From Ginglymostoma cirratum (taxonomy: Eukaryota), in contig JAHRHZ010000023.1 of NCBI GenBank assembly GCA_024137785.1, positions 7,960,330-8,024,329 on the forward strand: a stretch of 64,000 nucleotides of DNA. The letters are read 5' to 3'. Shown piece after piece: positions 23,252 to 36,529 of the stretch. Position 1 is the first letter of the stretch; every line of letters begins with the position of its first letter. The notes beneath the pieces were generated by a model, which was not told where the DNA came from, did not search any database, and saw only the letters and a program-made list of their open reading frames with translations. The translations under genes and the position numbers were made by a program.

Positions 23252-24655
23252 CCTATAACTTAGATGCTTCTAGAAGGTCACTTTGAGTTAATGTCATTCA
23301 TGCATCCCGTTCATCAAAACCTGATGCATGTTGTGGTCTTCGCTTTCTTAGTGCTCCCTCCCTTTACCACTTACTTGAATGATGCTAGCGTCTGTGAGCT
23401 CCACATTGCATCCTTAGTATATTTTTGCTGATTGTAGCACTGAGTTATGGGCTGTCAGCTTCTTTATGGTTTGCATTGCTTTCTGGGCACAGAGTTTTTA
23501 AGAGCTCTGGCTTGATGGGCTGAATGGTCCATATTCCTGTGTCTCCAATCGCTAGCTTCTGTGATTTTGTATTACCTCATTGTGCAGATGGAGAGATTGG
23601 CAGCTTGTGATGATGTGGAGTATTGAGCAGGCAATCTATCAATGAGACAGGGAGTGAAAAGTCACTATGGCACCATGCTGTGCCAAGGCAAGTAGCATTT
23701 GCATCACATGTCAGATAATGACCATCTCAAACATGGGAGAATTTAACTGTCGCCCTGAATGTTCAGTGGTCTTGCATCCGATGATATTGGAGGTCTCCAG
23801 TTTACAAACATGTGTCTTCAGAATGCTTGTACGTAAGAATGTGATCCATACAGGGGTAATATTTTTAAAGATCCTACTTATGAACATTTCCTGAACTTAT
23901 GAGCTGCTATTTTATATTGTCTTGCATTGTGCTCTGACTTGCATATGGACTCCAGACGAGAATCCATTCACAAACCAGGGATTGCCTGTGCAGTGAAGAT
24001 ATTCTGAGCATGCCTCTCGCGATATACTGACGGTGAGACATGATGTAACTTTGGAACTCCTTGCCACAGATCAGTGGGGGCAGAGTCCTTGTGTATATTT
24101 AAGACTGAGATAGAAATTCTTGATCAGTAGGGGCATTGAGAGTTAGGAGGAAAAGGCAAGAATATGGATGAGAGGAATTGTTGGATCAACCATGAGCCTG
24201 TTGAATGGCGGAGCAGACTTGTGGATCTGAATGGCCTAATCCTGTTCCTGTTTCTTAGTCTTGTAGCACAAATTGTGTACTGTGGAGACTCTGTCTGTGG
24301 GATAGGCCACTTTTCCTGCAGTGAGTCAAAATGAGGACTTGATTGTGGTAGAAGTGAATAAGAGAGCAGTTGGTGGTGATGCATGAACAGGACAGGGTTT
24401 GAGATGTCCCCATTGAGTGCAAAGAAAGCATGGTGGGCAGGAAAGATTCATCCTCGATGGTGAGGTGGATGAGAACTGTGAGTGGACACGCAATACAGAG
24501 AGCTGTCATCCATCAGCCTTGATGAGATGCATGACCAATGACCACGTACAGGTTCTAAGCCAGTATTAGGTATCCTCTGCCCAGTGTTTCATTTTCTGTG
24601 TGACAGGAAGGACCAATACAGTCAGTTCCCATCATCTTGGGTGCAATCTACTGTC

Positions 24656-25055
24656 NNNNNNNNNNNNNNNNNNNNNNNNNNNNNNNNNNNNNNNNNNNNN
24701 NNNNNNNNNNNNNNNNNNNNNNNNNNNNNNNNNNNNNNNNNNNNNNNNNNNNNNNNNNNNNNNNNNNNNNNNNNNNNNNNNNNNNNNNNNNNNNNNNNNN
24801 NNNNNNNNNNNNNNNNNNNNNNNNNNNNNNNNNNNNNNNNNNNNNNNNNNNNNNNNNNNNNNNNNNNNNNNNNNNNNNNNNNNNNNNNNNNNNNNNNNNN
24901 NNNNNNNNNNNNNNNNNNNNNNNNNNNNNNNNNNNNNNNNNNNNNNNNNNNNNNNNNNNNNNNNNNNNNNNNNNNNNNNNNNNNNNNNNNNNNNNNNNNN
25001 NNNNNNNNNNNNNNNNNNNNNNNNNNNNNNNNNNNNNNNNNNNNNNNNNNNNNNN
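24656..25055. other. Assembly gap (400 N)
   Basis: Run of N; an identical 47-mer lies on both sides. Confidence 0.98.
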
Positions 25056-25647
25056 AGGACCAATACAGTCAGTTCCCATCATCTTGGGTGCAATCTACTG
25101 TCGTATATGTAGCATCCTGGATAGGTGGATAGTGTGGTTAGCAATCTGATTGTCCCAGTTTAAAAACTTTTCGTACCCCATATTGCTTTGAAATTTAAAG
25201 CAGCTCATGTGTGGATCAGGACATGTACACAATGCACTAATGTATAAAGTGCTTCAGTCTTTACAGGGAGTTTGAGTCAGCTAGTGTGCATAACACAGTT
25301 ATGTTGTTGATCCTCACTGTTATATACAATGACCACATACAGGTCCTAAGCCAGTATTAGGTATCCTCTTTAGTGATGAATAAGGTGAAGGCTGTGGGAG
25401 TCTGAGAGGAGCTGAAATCGCAAAGCTCTTCCCAATTATTCTTTCTGTGTTCATAGACTCATACAGTACAGAAGAAGCCCTTCAGCCCATCAAGTCTATA
25501 TTGCCAAAAAATACAACTAATTTCACTAGTCCATTCTCCCTCATTAGGCCCTTGGCCTTGAATAACATGATATTTCAAGTTTTCATCCAAATACTTTTTA
25601 AAGGTTGTGAGGTTCCCAACCTCAACAAATCTCCCAGGCAGATGAAT

Positions 25648-25945
25648 CTGAGGTGGGGTGATGTCACTGGACTAATAATAATAATCCAGAGCCTCCGGTT
25701 CTGGAAGTATGGGTTTGAATCCCGCCATGGTAGATGGTGAAATTTGAATTCAATAATAAGCTGGCCCAGTAGTGGCCATGCAACTTATGATGATTGTTGT
25801 AAACCATGTAGTTCACTTGTGTCCATCCTTGCCTGTTTTGGCTGGTGCTGTGGGTATGGAGTCTCTCAATGTTGTTAACTCTTAACTGCCCTCTGTGCAA
25901 TTTGGGATGGGCAATAAATGATAGATTAGCCAGAAATACCAGTGT
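25648..25945 (+). mobile_element. Second tRNA-type SINE family
   Basis: gatgtcactggactaataa...gggtttgaatcccgccatggtagatggtgaaatttgaattcaat...gggatgggcaataaatg; related copies near 7060-7388(-), 12640-12760(+), 21850-22130(-) and 42978-43315(-). Confidence 0.65.
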
Positions 25946-25984
25946 TCTAAACATTATATGATGCTAATGTTTTTTTTTAATTAG

Positions 25985-26077
25985 AAAGACGCAGCTAAAC
26001 ATTTTGATGCTCCTTTTAATGATGACAAAAGGGAAGAAGAAATTGAGGCTTTGGCTAAAAAGTTTGAAGAGAAATAC
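25985..26077 (+). CDS. UBN1: UBN1 coding exon 2, KDAAKHFDAPFNDDKREEEIEALAKKFEEKY
   Basis: ttttaattag|AAA...AAA TAC|gtgagt; 93 nt; EALAxKFEEKY motif. Confidence 0.95.
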
Positions 26078-27373
26078 GTGAGTCCTGCTTAGTTTTTCTT
26101 CATTAAGAAAGCTTACAGCATTAATAACTACAGTATCAGACAGATAATGACTTAATGCAGAAAGTTTTGTTGCTGTCCTACTATTTTGTAAGCTGACTTC
26201 CACCCGGGCTATTTGAAGTTGATTGCTCTAAGCTTTCTCAAACTAATTAAAAGGTAACAATGATTAATTCAACAATGCTGCGAAAGTAAACCTGTTGCAA
26301 AGTTTTTAATAATGGCCATGTTATCTGAAAATTTAATCATCAGATGGATTTGATCTCAGAATCTGTTCACTCCAGTAGGCATCTTAGTGAAGCAGAGTCT
26401 CCTATTTAAGATCAAAAGTTCAAGTTCATCAGATTATAAATTAGTCTACAGGTATCTTCTCCACATGTGACACATTTGAAGCTGTGTAGATTGGTAAATT
26501 TAATGATTGGAGCACACGACTGAGGTGGATTAATAGGACACGATTTGAATGAATATTTATGGTTCATTTGAAATGGATTATTTTTTGAAACTGCTGTGAA
26601 ACCTTCAAGACCACACAGTGGACATGCGCATATTTCCTGTCAACAGGCTACTAACCTGCCTTCCCTCCTACCTGCAATATAGTTGATACAATTATTTGAT
26701 CATTGCCACATTGACTTCTTGAGGATTTTGGTTAATGCAAATAAAGCAAATATTTCTTGAGCGTTACAATATATTTATCAATCGACCTGCTCTGCTCTGA
26801 CTTCATCAAGTGCCACACGACTGCACCAAAAGTACAGCAACTCTTTTTGGAACATGAACCAGCTGTCCATTGTGTTACCCTCCCACAGAGTTCTGTATTT
26901 ATAGACATAAATACTTGAAATACAAATTTGGGTCAGTAACCTCTAGCTGTCATGCACTGCAAGTGTGACAGTGTTTTCGGTGACACAAAAACACATTTTC
27001 TCTTTAATCATCCAAGCAAAACAGCTAAGCAAGTCTCACATCATTACTTATTGTTAAAGAAGTAATGTTTCATTACAGTACGACTTCCAAATAAAAGTTA
27101 CATGACCATGGTTGAATTTTAATAAAAACAGAAATCGATATTCAGGCATGCGTTGCCGGAGGTAGTTCAATTTCCAGATTTAAATGTCAACTTGCAGGAC
27201 CTTTCTGATTGTTACTCCTCTCTTAAATCGTTTTCATATGTTAATTCATTGCTTGGAGAGTATTATGTGGTTGAGAAAGGAGTCACAAACTGATGTGAAT
27301 GCTCCTTCCATGACCATGGCCATATTGTACCGGACAACAGTTAGTCTTAGTCTTATATTGTTTATGACAAATA

Positions 27374-27661
27374 CAATCCCTACAATGTGGGAGCAGGCCA
27401 TTCTGCCCATCGAGCCCACACCAACCCTTCAGAGAGCATCCCACCCAGACCCACCCTGTAACCCTGCATCTGCCATGGCTAATCTACCTGACCAGCACAT
27501 CTTTGGACTGTGGGAGGAAAACACAGCACCTGGAGGAAATCCATGCATACACTAGGAGAATGTACAAACTCCATGCAGACTATCACCCAAGGGCAGAATT
27601 GAATCTGGGTTCCTGGTGCTGTGAGGCAGCAGTGCTAACTACTGAGCCACTGTGTCATGCC
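27374..27661 (-). mobile_element. HE1-like SINE copy
   Basis: Shares cacatctttggactgtgggagga and gctgtgaggcagcagtgctaac with the 3795-4114 copy. Confidence 0.85.
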
Positions 27662-28007
27662 AGTCTTGCCCTAATTTTCAACATGAGTTAAGGCTGGTGC
27701 CAACACTCAATGAATGCAAATTTCCTGCTAGACTTTGGTCCGTAATTCCGAGCCAGACCCTCTGGTCTTCACATACCGAGACTATAATGTGATTCAAACT
27801 CAGTACTTTCCGACTCAATTGTTAATGGTACAGTTAAGCCCAAGACTCACTTCATCTCGTGAATGAAGAGATTGAAGTTGATGCAGCAGAGAATCGTTGA
27901 AGAAGATGACTTGCTTTAGCTGCATGGAACTGCAAAAGGAGATCAATTGAATGAGTAGCATATGTACAATTAATGATATCTGTTCATGTATAGCTTTTAC
28001 ATTTTAG

Positions 28008-28103
28008 GGCCCAAAGAAGCGAAGGAAGGACCGTATCCAAGATCTGATCGACATGGGTTATGGATATGATGAAACTGATCCATTTATAGATAACTCAGAG
28101 GCT
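28008..28103 (+). CDS. UBN1: UBN1 coding exon 3, [32 protein letters not shown] (HRD/HUN domain)
   Basis: attttag|GGC...GAG GCT|gtaagt; 96 nt; conserved Hpc2-related domain. Confidence 0.97.
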
Positions 28104-29239
28104 GTAAGTAAATTGAATTAATAAGCACGGTTTTTAAGTAACTGTGATAACTCTTCAATGTCACTTCATTTGCTGTGAAGTGTTTCAAGGTGTCCTAAGC
28201 AATTCACAAGCATCGGATGAATGCAAGTTCGTTCTTTTATTTTCTCCTGCCTTCTTTTGTTTTCCTGGGCAACAAATGCAATTTTAGCCCTTTTTTCCTA
28301 TTTAGCAATAAACAAGAATCCTGCACATAATATCTATCATCCTTTCTATTGCTCTGTTAAAACTTATATGACATTTTCCAGACCATCTCGTTCTTGTTCA
28401 GAATCTAAGTACTAATGTGATGTTCTCATAGGAATTTTATGTGTAATAACATTTGATTGTTGCTCAATATATTTCAATGAGTTTGGGAAAGGTTTTTCAG
28501 TCTTTGTGCCATCAGGTACTTTCTGTATCTGCATGTCTGGATCAGAAATTTTAACATTCTTGCACTGAAACTAACTGGGCTTTTTCAGTGAACAATGTGT
28601 TCAGTGACATGAGGGAAAATAATTTGTCATGATTATAGAACCAGCCCAAGACCATTTAGGTTGCTGAATCTAGTTGCCTTAAAATTGCACATGTGAAAAA
28701 AATGGATAATATTGGTTACCTAGGTGAGGTTGAAGATTAAAGTATGTATTAAATTTGTTGGATGGAATGCCACTATTGGTCCCAAATAAAATCTTAAATG
28801 CTTAACTTATTTTGGACAGGAATAACAGTTTATTCTTAGCTACACATTACAAGGAAAGCTTAGATGTGGTATTCTGTTTGTCTACGTTGCGTTTCCAAGT
28901 ACAATCTGCGCTTAAACAACTGCCCATTTTAATCAGATGTTTTTAATGAGCCAAAACCAAAAACCATTAACAATTTTCATTAACGTCATTCTCAGTGTTC
29001 ACAAATAATGCCTTAAGTACTTTATTTTGGATAGGAATAACTGTTTACTCCTAGTTCACACCTCATTAAAGTACCCTGGGTACAACAAAAGACATTTTTA
29101 AGGCAAGCTTCACTCACCTGCAATTTTAAATTTCTTATCCATACACTCCGCATCTAGATTTTGTTCTTCTTTCCAATTCATTTCACTAACTCTTGTTCAA
29201 ATAGAAAAAACTTCTGAGATAACAAAATAAGCAATGCAT

Positions 29240-29805
29240 GACTTATTGTCACATATCGAGGGAGATACAGTGAAAAATGTTCTGTCGCCACAATTGTGTC
29301 ATTTGAAGTACAAAGAAAAGTACTTAAATAGAGTTTATCTTCACTGCCGGTGTCCCAAACACGACAGCATTTCTGCAAGGTCCCCTCTTTGGGCCTACTG
29401 GAGGTAGGAACCCCCGCTCCAGGCATCAACATGGCTGCGGTCAGTGACGTACCGCCACCAAATGATTTGACACTGTGTGCCTAGTACAGCCAGAAGTCCC
29501 CATTCTGCCATTGCTGCAGCTGATGCTCCACGGCCATTCCAGGGGTCCATGCATCAAGTCTATGGAGCCAGAAGTCCCCGCTCTGCTATTGTTGCAGCTG
29601 GCACTCTACCCCCATTCCAGGAGTTCATGCGTTGGGCATAGAAGCCAGGTGTCACTGCCAGCCCTGCTCCGGCCTCCCCAGAGGGAAATGAAGAAAAGAA
29701 AACTAAAAAGAACAAAGACAAAAAGGAGAGAGAGAGAATGCGACCAGCCTGGAGCAGACAGACTCAGCCCAAACACTATCTACCGTCTCACTGCCACCAT
29801 CTTGA
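29240..29805 (-). mobile_element. Probable internally deleted non-autonomous non-LTR element
   Basis: Minus strand starts caagatggtggcag (YY1-like LINE 5' end) and ends ttttcactgtatctccctcgatatgtgacaataag; GC-rich body with an internal duplication. Confidence 0.45.
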
Positions 29806-32800
29806 GTTTACAACTCTTGAAAAATAGCACTAACATTTTAATTATCCTCTCCGGCAGCTTTTACTGTGAAGGAAAATTGTTCAGCAGCTGCTTTTTTGAT
29901 ATTAATACTCTAAGTATTTAGTTGACAATCGTATTCCGGACCAAGATGTTTCTGTCATGAGAACTTGAATTGTAGAAATATTTCTACAGCTGAAATACTG
30001 TAATCCCTTGATAACATTCAGCGTGTTGCACTGGCTGCTTTTTGTTGGAAAAAAAAATGTTTCCACCTCCTTGGAAATTGTTGTGTGTAGTGAGCATAGT
30101 TTTCAAAACCTCAATAGGAATTTTTTTATATAAGACTAGCTGTAAGGGTGCAATTATGATTTGACTTCAGAATTATCTGACATCTAAGAATGAGGTAAAC
30201 ACTAACAAGCTTATCCTTCTCGATAGGTATGCATCATTTATCTTTCTCCAAATCTGTTACATTTTGGGTACGTGTAATTAATTGCTGCTTAGTTGGTATG
30301 TTTATATGATCTCTTGTACAGATGTTTGATGTGCATTTGAAAAAAAAACTCCTGGTTAGTAAGTATTGCTATGTACCTGTAACATACTATCTATCACTGA
30401 AGGGGCAGAGTTTTTAGATCTAGTAGTTAACAGACCTCAGCTCGTAACCTCAACTGAATAGCCCCACTGGATCGAGGGTGTTAGTTCTACTTGGGCCTAC
30501 AGCCAATGTCCTTGTTAAAGCAAGAGATATTTGGAGTAAGATAGATTCTAGAGTGGAAAAACCAGTAAATAAGTTATCTCTGAGTCTGAAGTTGAAGATG
30601 AATATTGGCACCAGGGAAAGCTATTTTGTTATCAGACAAAAATGTAGAGAGATCAAAATGCTGGCTTCTGGCTAGGAAGCTTGAGGGTAGCTCAAGAAAC
30701 CAGTTTAAAAAAGTAACATTTGTAGAGATCAGGGCAATATCAGGGGGTGAAAAAATGAACAAAGTCTTCAAAAATATCATTCAGTCATAAATGGTTCCCA
30801 TGGTAGCTCTTAAATGTCCTGGCTGAGTAGGGATTGAAAGTGTTCAAAACCATGAGAACATTGTGATATGGTCCTTTTGGCTAATGCAATCCTTGTCACT
30901 GCTTTCTTTCCCATTAGCCACTTAGTTAACTCCTATCTCTTACTCGGTATCCATACTGTAATAATCCTCTGTTTCTAATTTAGTTTTGCAGTGAATTCCA
31001 CATTGTAATAATCTTTTATGTAAAAATTTCTTCAAAACTTGCTTTAATTCTCATTTTGAAATCTATGATTCATTGTTTCTGTTCCTTGGTGTGACCATAA
31101 CCTTAACGTGACCATTCATGATCTAGGAAACCTCTACCAGTTCACCCTTTAACTTTAACAGTTCTAGAAAGTTGGCTTCTAATTTCTTCAGTCTCTCTTC
31201 AAAATTGTGACTGTTCAACCTTGAACGTTTCTGAGTATCTGTCCTCCTGCTTTTCTGTTGGACACTTTTAAACCTCCTTAACGGAGGATAGCACAAAATT
31301 CTAAACAAAGTTGTTCCAAATATAATATTGCATTGCTTTTGCAATGCATCCCAACAGGTAAAGAACAGTTCCAATGGCCCCTTTTTTTGTGTTGCTGCGA
31401 ACTTTTGAGGCCATCTGTTCTTAATGATCTGGTTAATTGCCCATCAGTTTCATTATGTATCAGCTAAGTTTAAAATCTTGCCACTTAAGGTGCTATTAAC
31501 TCTGCTTTGATTGAATCCTCTCGTTCTTCAAGTGAAGCAAATAAAACTTACCTGTAATGTTTTTCTGCATGGTTGCTAACTTGCTGAGTGATTCTGGCAC
31601 ATTCTGCATTTAATACTTCATTCAAGTATGAGTTTAAGTGCCAAGATAAGTAAATGGCAAATTGGAGCATAACAGTTTTTGAAATGATTTGTTATTATTG
31701 ACTCTGTCCTCATATTAGTAGGAAACAACATGATTCTTTATTTCCATTTATCTCAAGGGCCAGATAGTCTCAGATTTGAAAAAAAATGGGCTGACAAACC
31801 TATTCACAATAATTAATCATCAATTAAATGCCTATCTGTTAAATTCACCAAAAGCTGTCAGGCATTGAACAAATCAGGGACAATGTTTACATTTGAACTG
31901 ATTAGCTTTTCAGCTAGTTTATTTCAAAACTTAACTGAAGTGGTATTTAATCTATTATCTACTGTGGCAGAATTTGAAAAGCCAATACTGAACTAATTCT
32001 CCAGATGAAATGCTAGCATTGCTTAAAACAACAGCAATTGGTATCTTTCTGTCTTTGCGTACCAGTCTGAATGGTTTACAAATTAATTGCAAGGTATAGA
32101 GCAATGACTACTTGGTGCTAAATTTCAAAATCATTGTTACTTGACATCACGTTCAGTTTAAAATGTGCATATCTACTTGTAATATTAAACCTGATCTCTC
32201 TTTGGCAGGATTTAAAGATCTAATTTTTTCCTGCCAGGAAGGAAATTTTTTTGCATTACTGGAATAAGAAAGTGGGGAGCATATTAAAATATTTTAGAAA
32301 CTCCAGTCCTACCCAAAATGCTAAAATGTGCTTGATTGAAGATGCTAGTCTGTTTATTTTGACAACCATTTTGATATTACAAGTGTATTATAAAATGGAA
32401 ATTATTTTTGTGCTTTCCTATAAAACAAAATTTCCCTGTGTCACAGACTCTTGCTGTCATCTGTTCACAATACAGGGAAGGATTTCCATTACAGTGCATA
32501 TATCAGGAGCAAAATGACCACTACTTGCAGAGAGACCTATGAAAATATTTTAAACTAACAGTTTAAAAGAAGTCAAAATTCTACAGCAAAGTAAATCGTG
32601 TAAATGAATAAGACAGCCAACCAAAAATTTCTCAGTCAGTGATATGTGTAACAATTGGCTTGAAGTATTTTGTTTACTACAGAGCAGTTGGAATTCCATT
32701 TCCATGAACTTAAGTTTGATTTGTCAAGGCGTGTGATTTCATTAATACTGCAGATTATGGCACACTGCATACCTCAGTGTGCAACACATAATATTAGTGA

Positions 32801-32956
32801 CAAGAAATAATGTTTAATGTGTAATTTTTTTTGGCCTGTCTAGTCAAAACAGTCAAGATTTTTTCCCCATGGAACTAATCATTCACACACTTATCAGTAA
32901 TGCACCTCATCAGTTGTGTTCCCTCCTAATATCCTCCTTCCTTTGCGGTGTTCTAG

Positions 32957-33100
32957 TATGATGAACTTGTTCCAGCTTCCTTAACTACCAAACTGGGTGG
33001 CTTTTACATCAATAGTGGAACATTGCAATTCCGCCAAGCATCTGAATCAGATGGGGATGAAGATTTTGTAAAAGACAAGAAAAAGACAAAGTCTCCAAAG
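32957..33100 (+). CDS. UBN1: UBN1 coding exon 4, [48 protein letters not shown]
   Basis: ttctag|TAT...CCA AAG|gtgagt; 144 nt; GGFYINSG core of the HRD. Confidence 0.97.
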
Positions 33101-34158
33101 GTGAGTAAAGAAACTTGATTGCTAAGTGTCCCATTTGTCATGTTTTGCTCTAATATTATAGAACCTTAGGATTTCTGTTGTCAGTAATATTAAGTCTAAC
33201 CTGTCCATATGACAGAGGCTGGAGGAATGTATCATGACGCTAGTCCTGCAATTCCCAGAACACACAACCTTTTCTAGTTTTCATGGAAACCAAACAGATT
33301 CTTAAACAGAATTATGGGTTTATTATCAAATCTTATTCAATAATGATGCTCTAATTGTTTAACATACAGTGAGTAATACAGAAGTATAAATATTCATCTC
33401 TGTAAATATCCCAAAAATGTGCGCGCACGCTGTCTCTTCAGGAAAAGAGAGAAAATAAAACTCCCTGGTCAATTTGGCATTCTGGAAAAAAAAAACATTT
33501 TTAGCCAATGGGTTATTCTCGGCAAGGCAAAGCGATTGAGCACAGAATGTTTTGAGTTTAATATGATCTGGCACATGGTCATGTCACTCATTGTGTACGG
33601 TTGTCTTTGAAGTCATGTAGACACAACTTAGGAAATATAATCTTGTGATGTTCTATCAAGCAATGAACAGGTTTCACCCTAAACTGAAATAGAGGATTTT
33701 CATTTTTAGAAATGAGGCAGATCAGCTAGGCACCTTGTTCTTAACAGGCTTTCCTCTTTCTCCACTATTCTTAGCGTGCCTCCCTCCAACTGAACCAGGT
33801 AAAACAAGAACATCTCCAAATCAGTGATGATTCAAAAACTGTACCAGCAGTGTACACAGCAAAGCCACCTTTTATCACTAGCCATGCCTTCCTATTGAAT
33901 GGCAGAGCAGGCTGAAAAGGCTGAACGGCCTACATTTTTTACGCTCTTACTAAAGTCTGAACCTGTCAGTCACAGAGTAATGTAAAATGCCTAATTGTAT
34001 TATGGTATCTCACAATAATGTTCATTTTAAAACCTGATTGAAATAGTAATGTACTGTGGAGAATATTTCGGAAGTGTCAGTTATTTGAATCTCGGGTTAT
34101 GTTTTGGTACCTACGGTTTACTTTGGATTATTTCTGATATTCCTCTTGTTTTTAATAG

Positions 34159-34265
34159 AAACGAAAATTAAAAGAAGGAAATGAAAAGACGAAGAAAAGA
34201 AGAAAAGATGATGGCCATGAAAAAGAGAAGAAGTCTCAAAAATCAAAAATCTCCAAACAGGCTGG
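34159..34265 (+). CDS. UBN1: UBN1 coding exon 5, Lys-rich KRKLKEGNEKTKKRRKDDGHEKEKKSQKSKISKQA(G)
   Basis: tttaatag|AAA CGA...GCT GG|gtaag; 107 nt; ends in phase 2, matching the next exon. Confidence 0.93.
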
Positions 34266-36529
34266 GTAAGTCCATTGGATTTTTAAGTCACTACTCTTGA
34301 CAGTGAATCAACGTAGCACCAGCGGTGTTTCAATATTATTGGTAGAATTGCCAATTGAGAGACATAGTAAAAGCAAAATACTGCAGATACTGAGAATCCG
34401 AAATCACAACACAAAATGCTACAACTGCTTTTGCAGATCCACCTGCACCTGTAGAACACAAAATGGAGCCAGTTTGACCGGAGTGTTTATACAGGGTCAT
34501 CAACACGAAGTGTTAACTGTTTCTCCCCCGATGTTGCTTGACCAGCTACGTATTTCAAGGAGTTTCTTTTCCGCTTTCAGACGTGGTGTGGTCGTACAAA
34601 AGTAACATGACTTTATTGTAACAAACACAGTCCCCAAAACTGAGACGTAATTTTGGCAAGTTACTGATTCTTTTAGCTCCACCCCCTAACTGGTCACTAA
34701 CAAGTCTGATAGAGAATTCAGAAAAAAATCCTCAGCGAACGCGTGGTGAGGATGTGGAACTCACCACCGTAGGGGGTAGTTGATGCAAAAATTAAAGGTG
34801 GACTGAGCGGTAGACAAATATATAGTAGAAAATAGAGTAGAGGGTTACAGTGAAAGGTTTGAGATGAGAAAAAATTGGAGGAGGATCAAGTGAAGCCTGA
34901 CCACCAACATGGACTTGTTAGGCCAAAGGGCTCTGTCTGTACTGTGCCCAAAATTAACCTTTGTCAAAGATGGAAAAAATACTTCATTTTCTTTGGCAGC
35001 CCCTTAGCGTAGAGGATGACCTGCCTGTTTCACTCCGGCGGAGTGGATTCTGTAGTGACTGTATAGTCCAATCTGGAAAAATACACTAAAGTTTCATAAG
35101 TGCAATTTTCTCCATATTACTTACCCATCAGAAACAAAGGCCAATTAGTACCTCGTGGCAGCAGTGTGCCTTGATCCAGCTGTTACCAAGCTATTTGTCC
35201 ATCTCTTTCAGGATCAGTACATGGAATGGGTGGAATTTATTTTAAAATGAATCTTTCCTCAAAAGCAAGCTTCTTTTCTGGAATGTTACTTGCAGTGAAC
35301 TTTTTTTTAATATAAATTAGACAACTTCTGCATGATACACAGTCTTAGTTTATAATGTGAACCCACCAAATAAATTAATCAGGGAGACTATATAACACGA
35401 AGCAATGGATAAACTTTTCCTGCAATTTATGAAATTGTTTTTGTAACAAGTATACAAGTAAAATTGTGCTACAGGAATGTCAAAAATTTGAGTGTCATTG
35501 AGCAACATTGTCCTGTCCCTTCTAAGTCGCTCCCCTGGTTGTTGCTGCTTGGTGTTGCGAAAAATAATATGATTACTCGGAAAACTGCTGCTCAGTAGCA
35601 ATAAGCCAATAGCTCATGCAAATGTATTTAAAATATAAATTGAGCATAATAGGACGGCAGCCTTAGATGTTTTTGTGGCAGTGGAATACCTCCAGTTTCA
35701 TCTCTCCTGTTCATAATTCCAAGCGATTTTAACATAATAACTGATACTAGGAAAAGGAGTAATGAGTTCAATTTCTAATATTTAACTGTAAAATCCAACA
35801 TTTAGGCACCCATCTCATAACAAACTCTGTTGCATTCATTTAGGCTGTGTCTGAGCTACAGCCAGAAACGAAAGGAAGTGTTCAAAACCTCTGGTCATCC
35901 AATAGCAAAAAAATTAGATTATTTTTATTAAAATAATTAATTTCAGGAATAATGGCCATGTCAGACACAAGTAAGGAAGTTCGAATGAACTGAAATCATG
36001 GTATAAAAGACGCTGAATATTCTGTCTTTTGGGAATCGTTTTTCCTCCATATTTTGGGACACAACCTTGAAAGTTCATGGGGGGTTCTCCAGGATTTGGC
36101 CATATCTTCATCAAAAGACTGGACGAACACTTCGGAGAGCAATATAGGTGGCAATTTATGCCAAAGGCCCACTACGTCAGGATTGGTGAAAACCCGCTGC
36201 AGAAATTAAGGGTCATAGTATTTAAAATTTCAAGTTACTTGAATGAAAGGTAAGTCTGTCCTTTCAAATCCTTCTATTACAAGTAGACTTGCCAAAATTC
36301 CACTTTGATGATCCAAGTGATGCACACTTACTGTGTTCCAAAGCTTCAAGTAATGCTGCTATTAAACAATTTTATGGTCCCTTACCTAATGAGTATTTTA
36401 ACTGATGCAAGTCTTCCAGTCCAACCCTCAATGAACTTAAGAAAATGGAAATCTTTGGAAAGATTGTTCTCACTCTGGTTGTGCCTTTTTTTAATCCTCA
36501 TCCTTGACATCTGATGTTTTTGTAATCAG

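Noticed and set aside
24584-25149. ORFs of 140-180 aa
   Set aside because: Artefacts of translating through the N run
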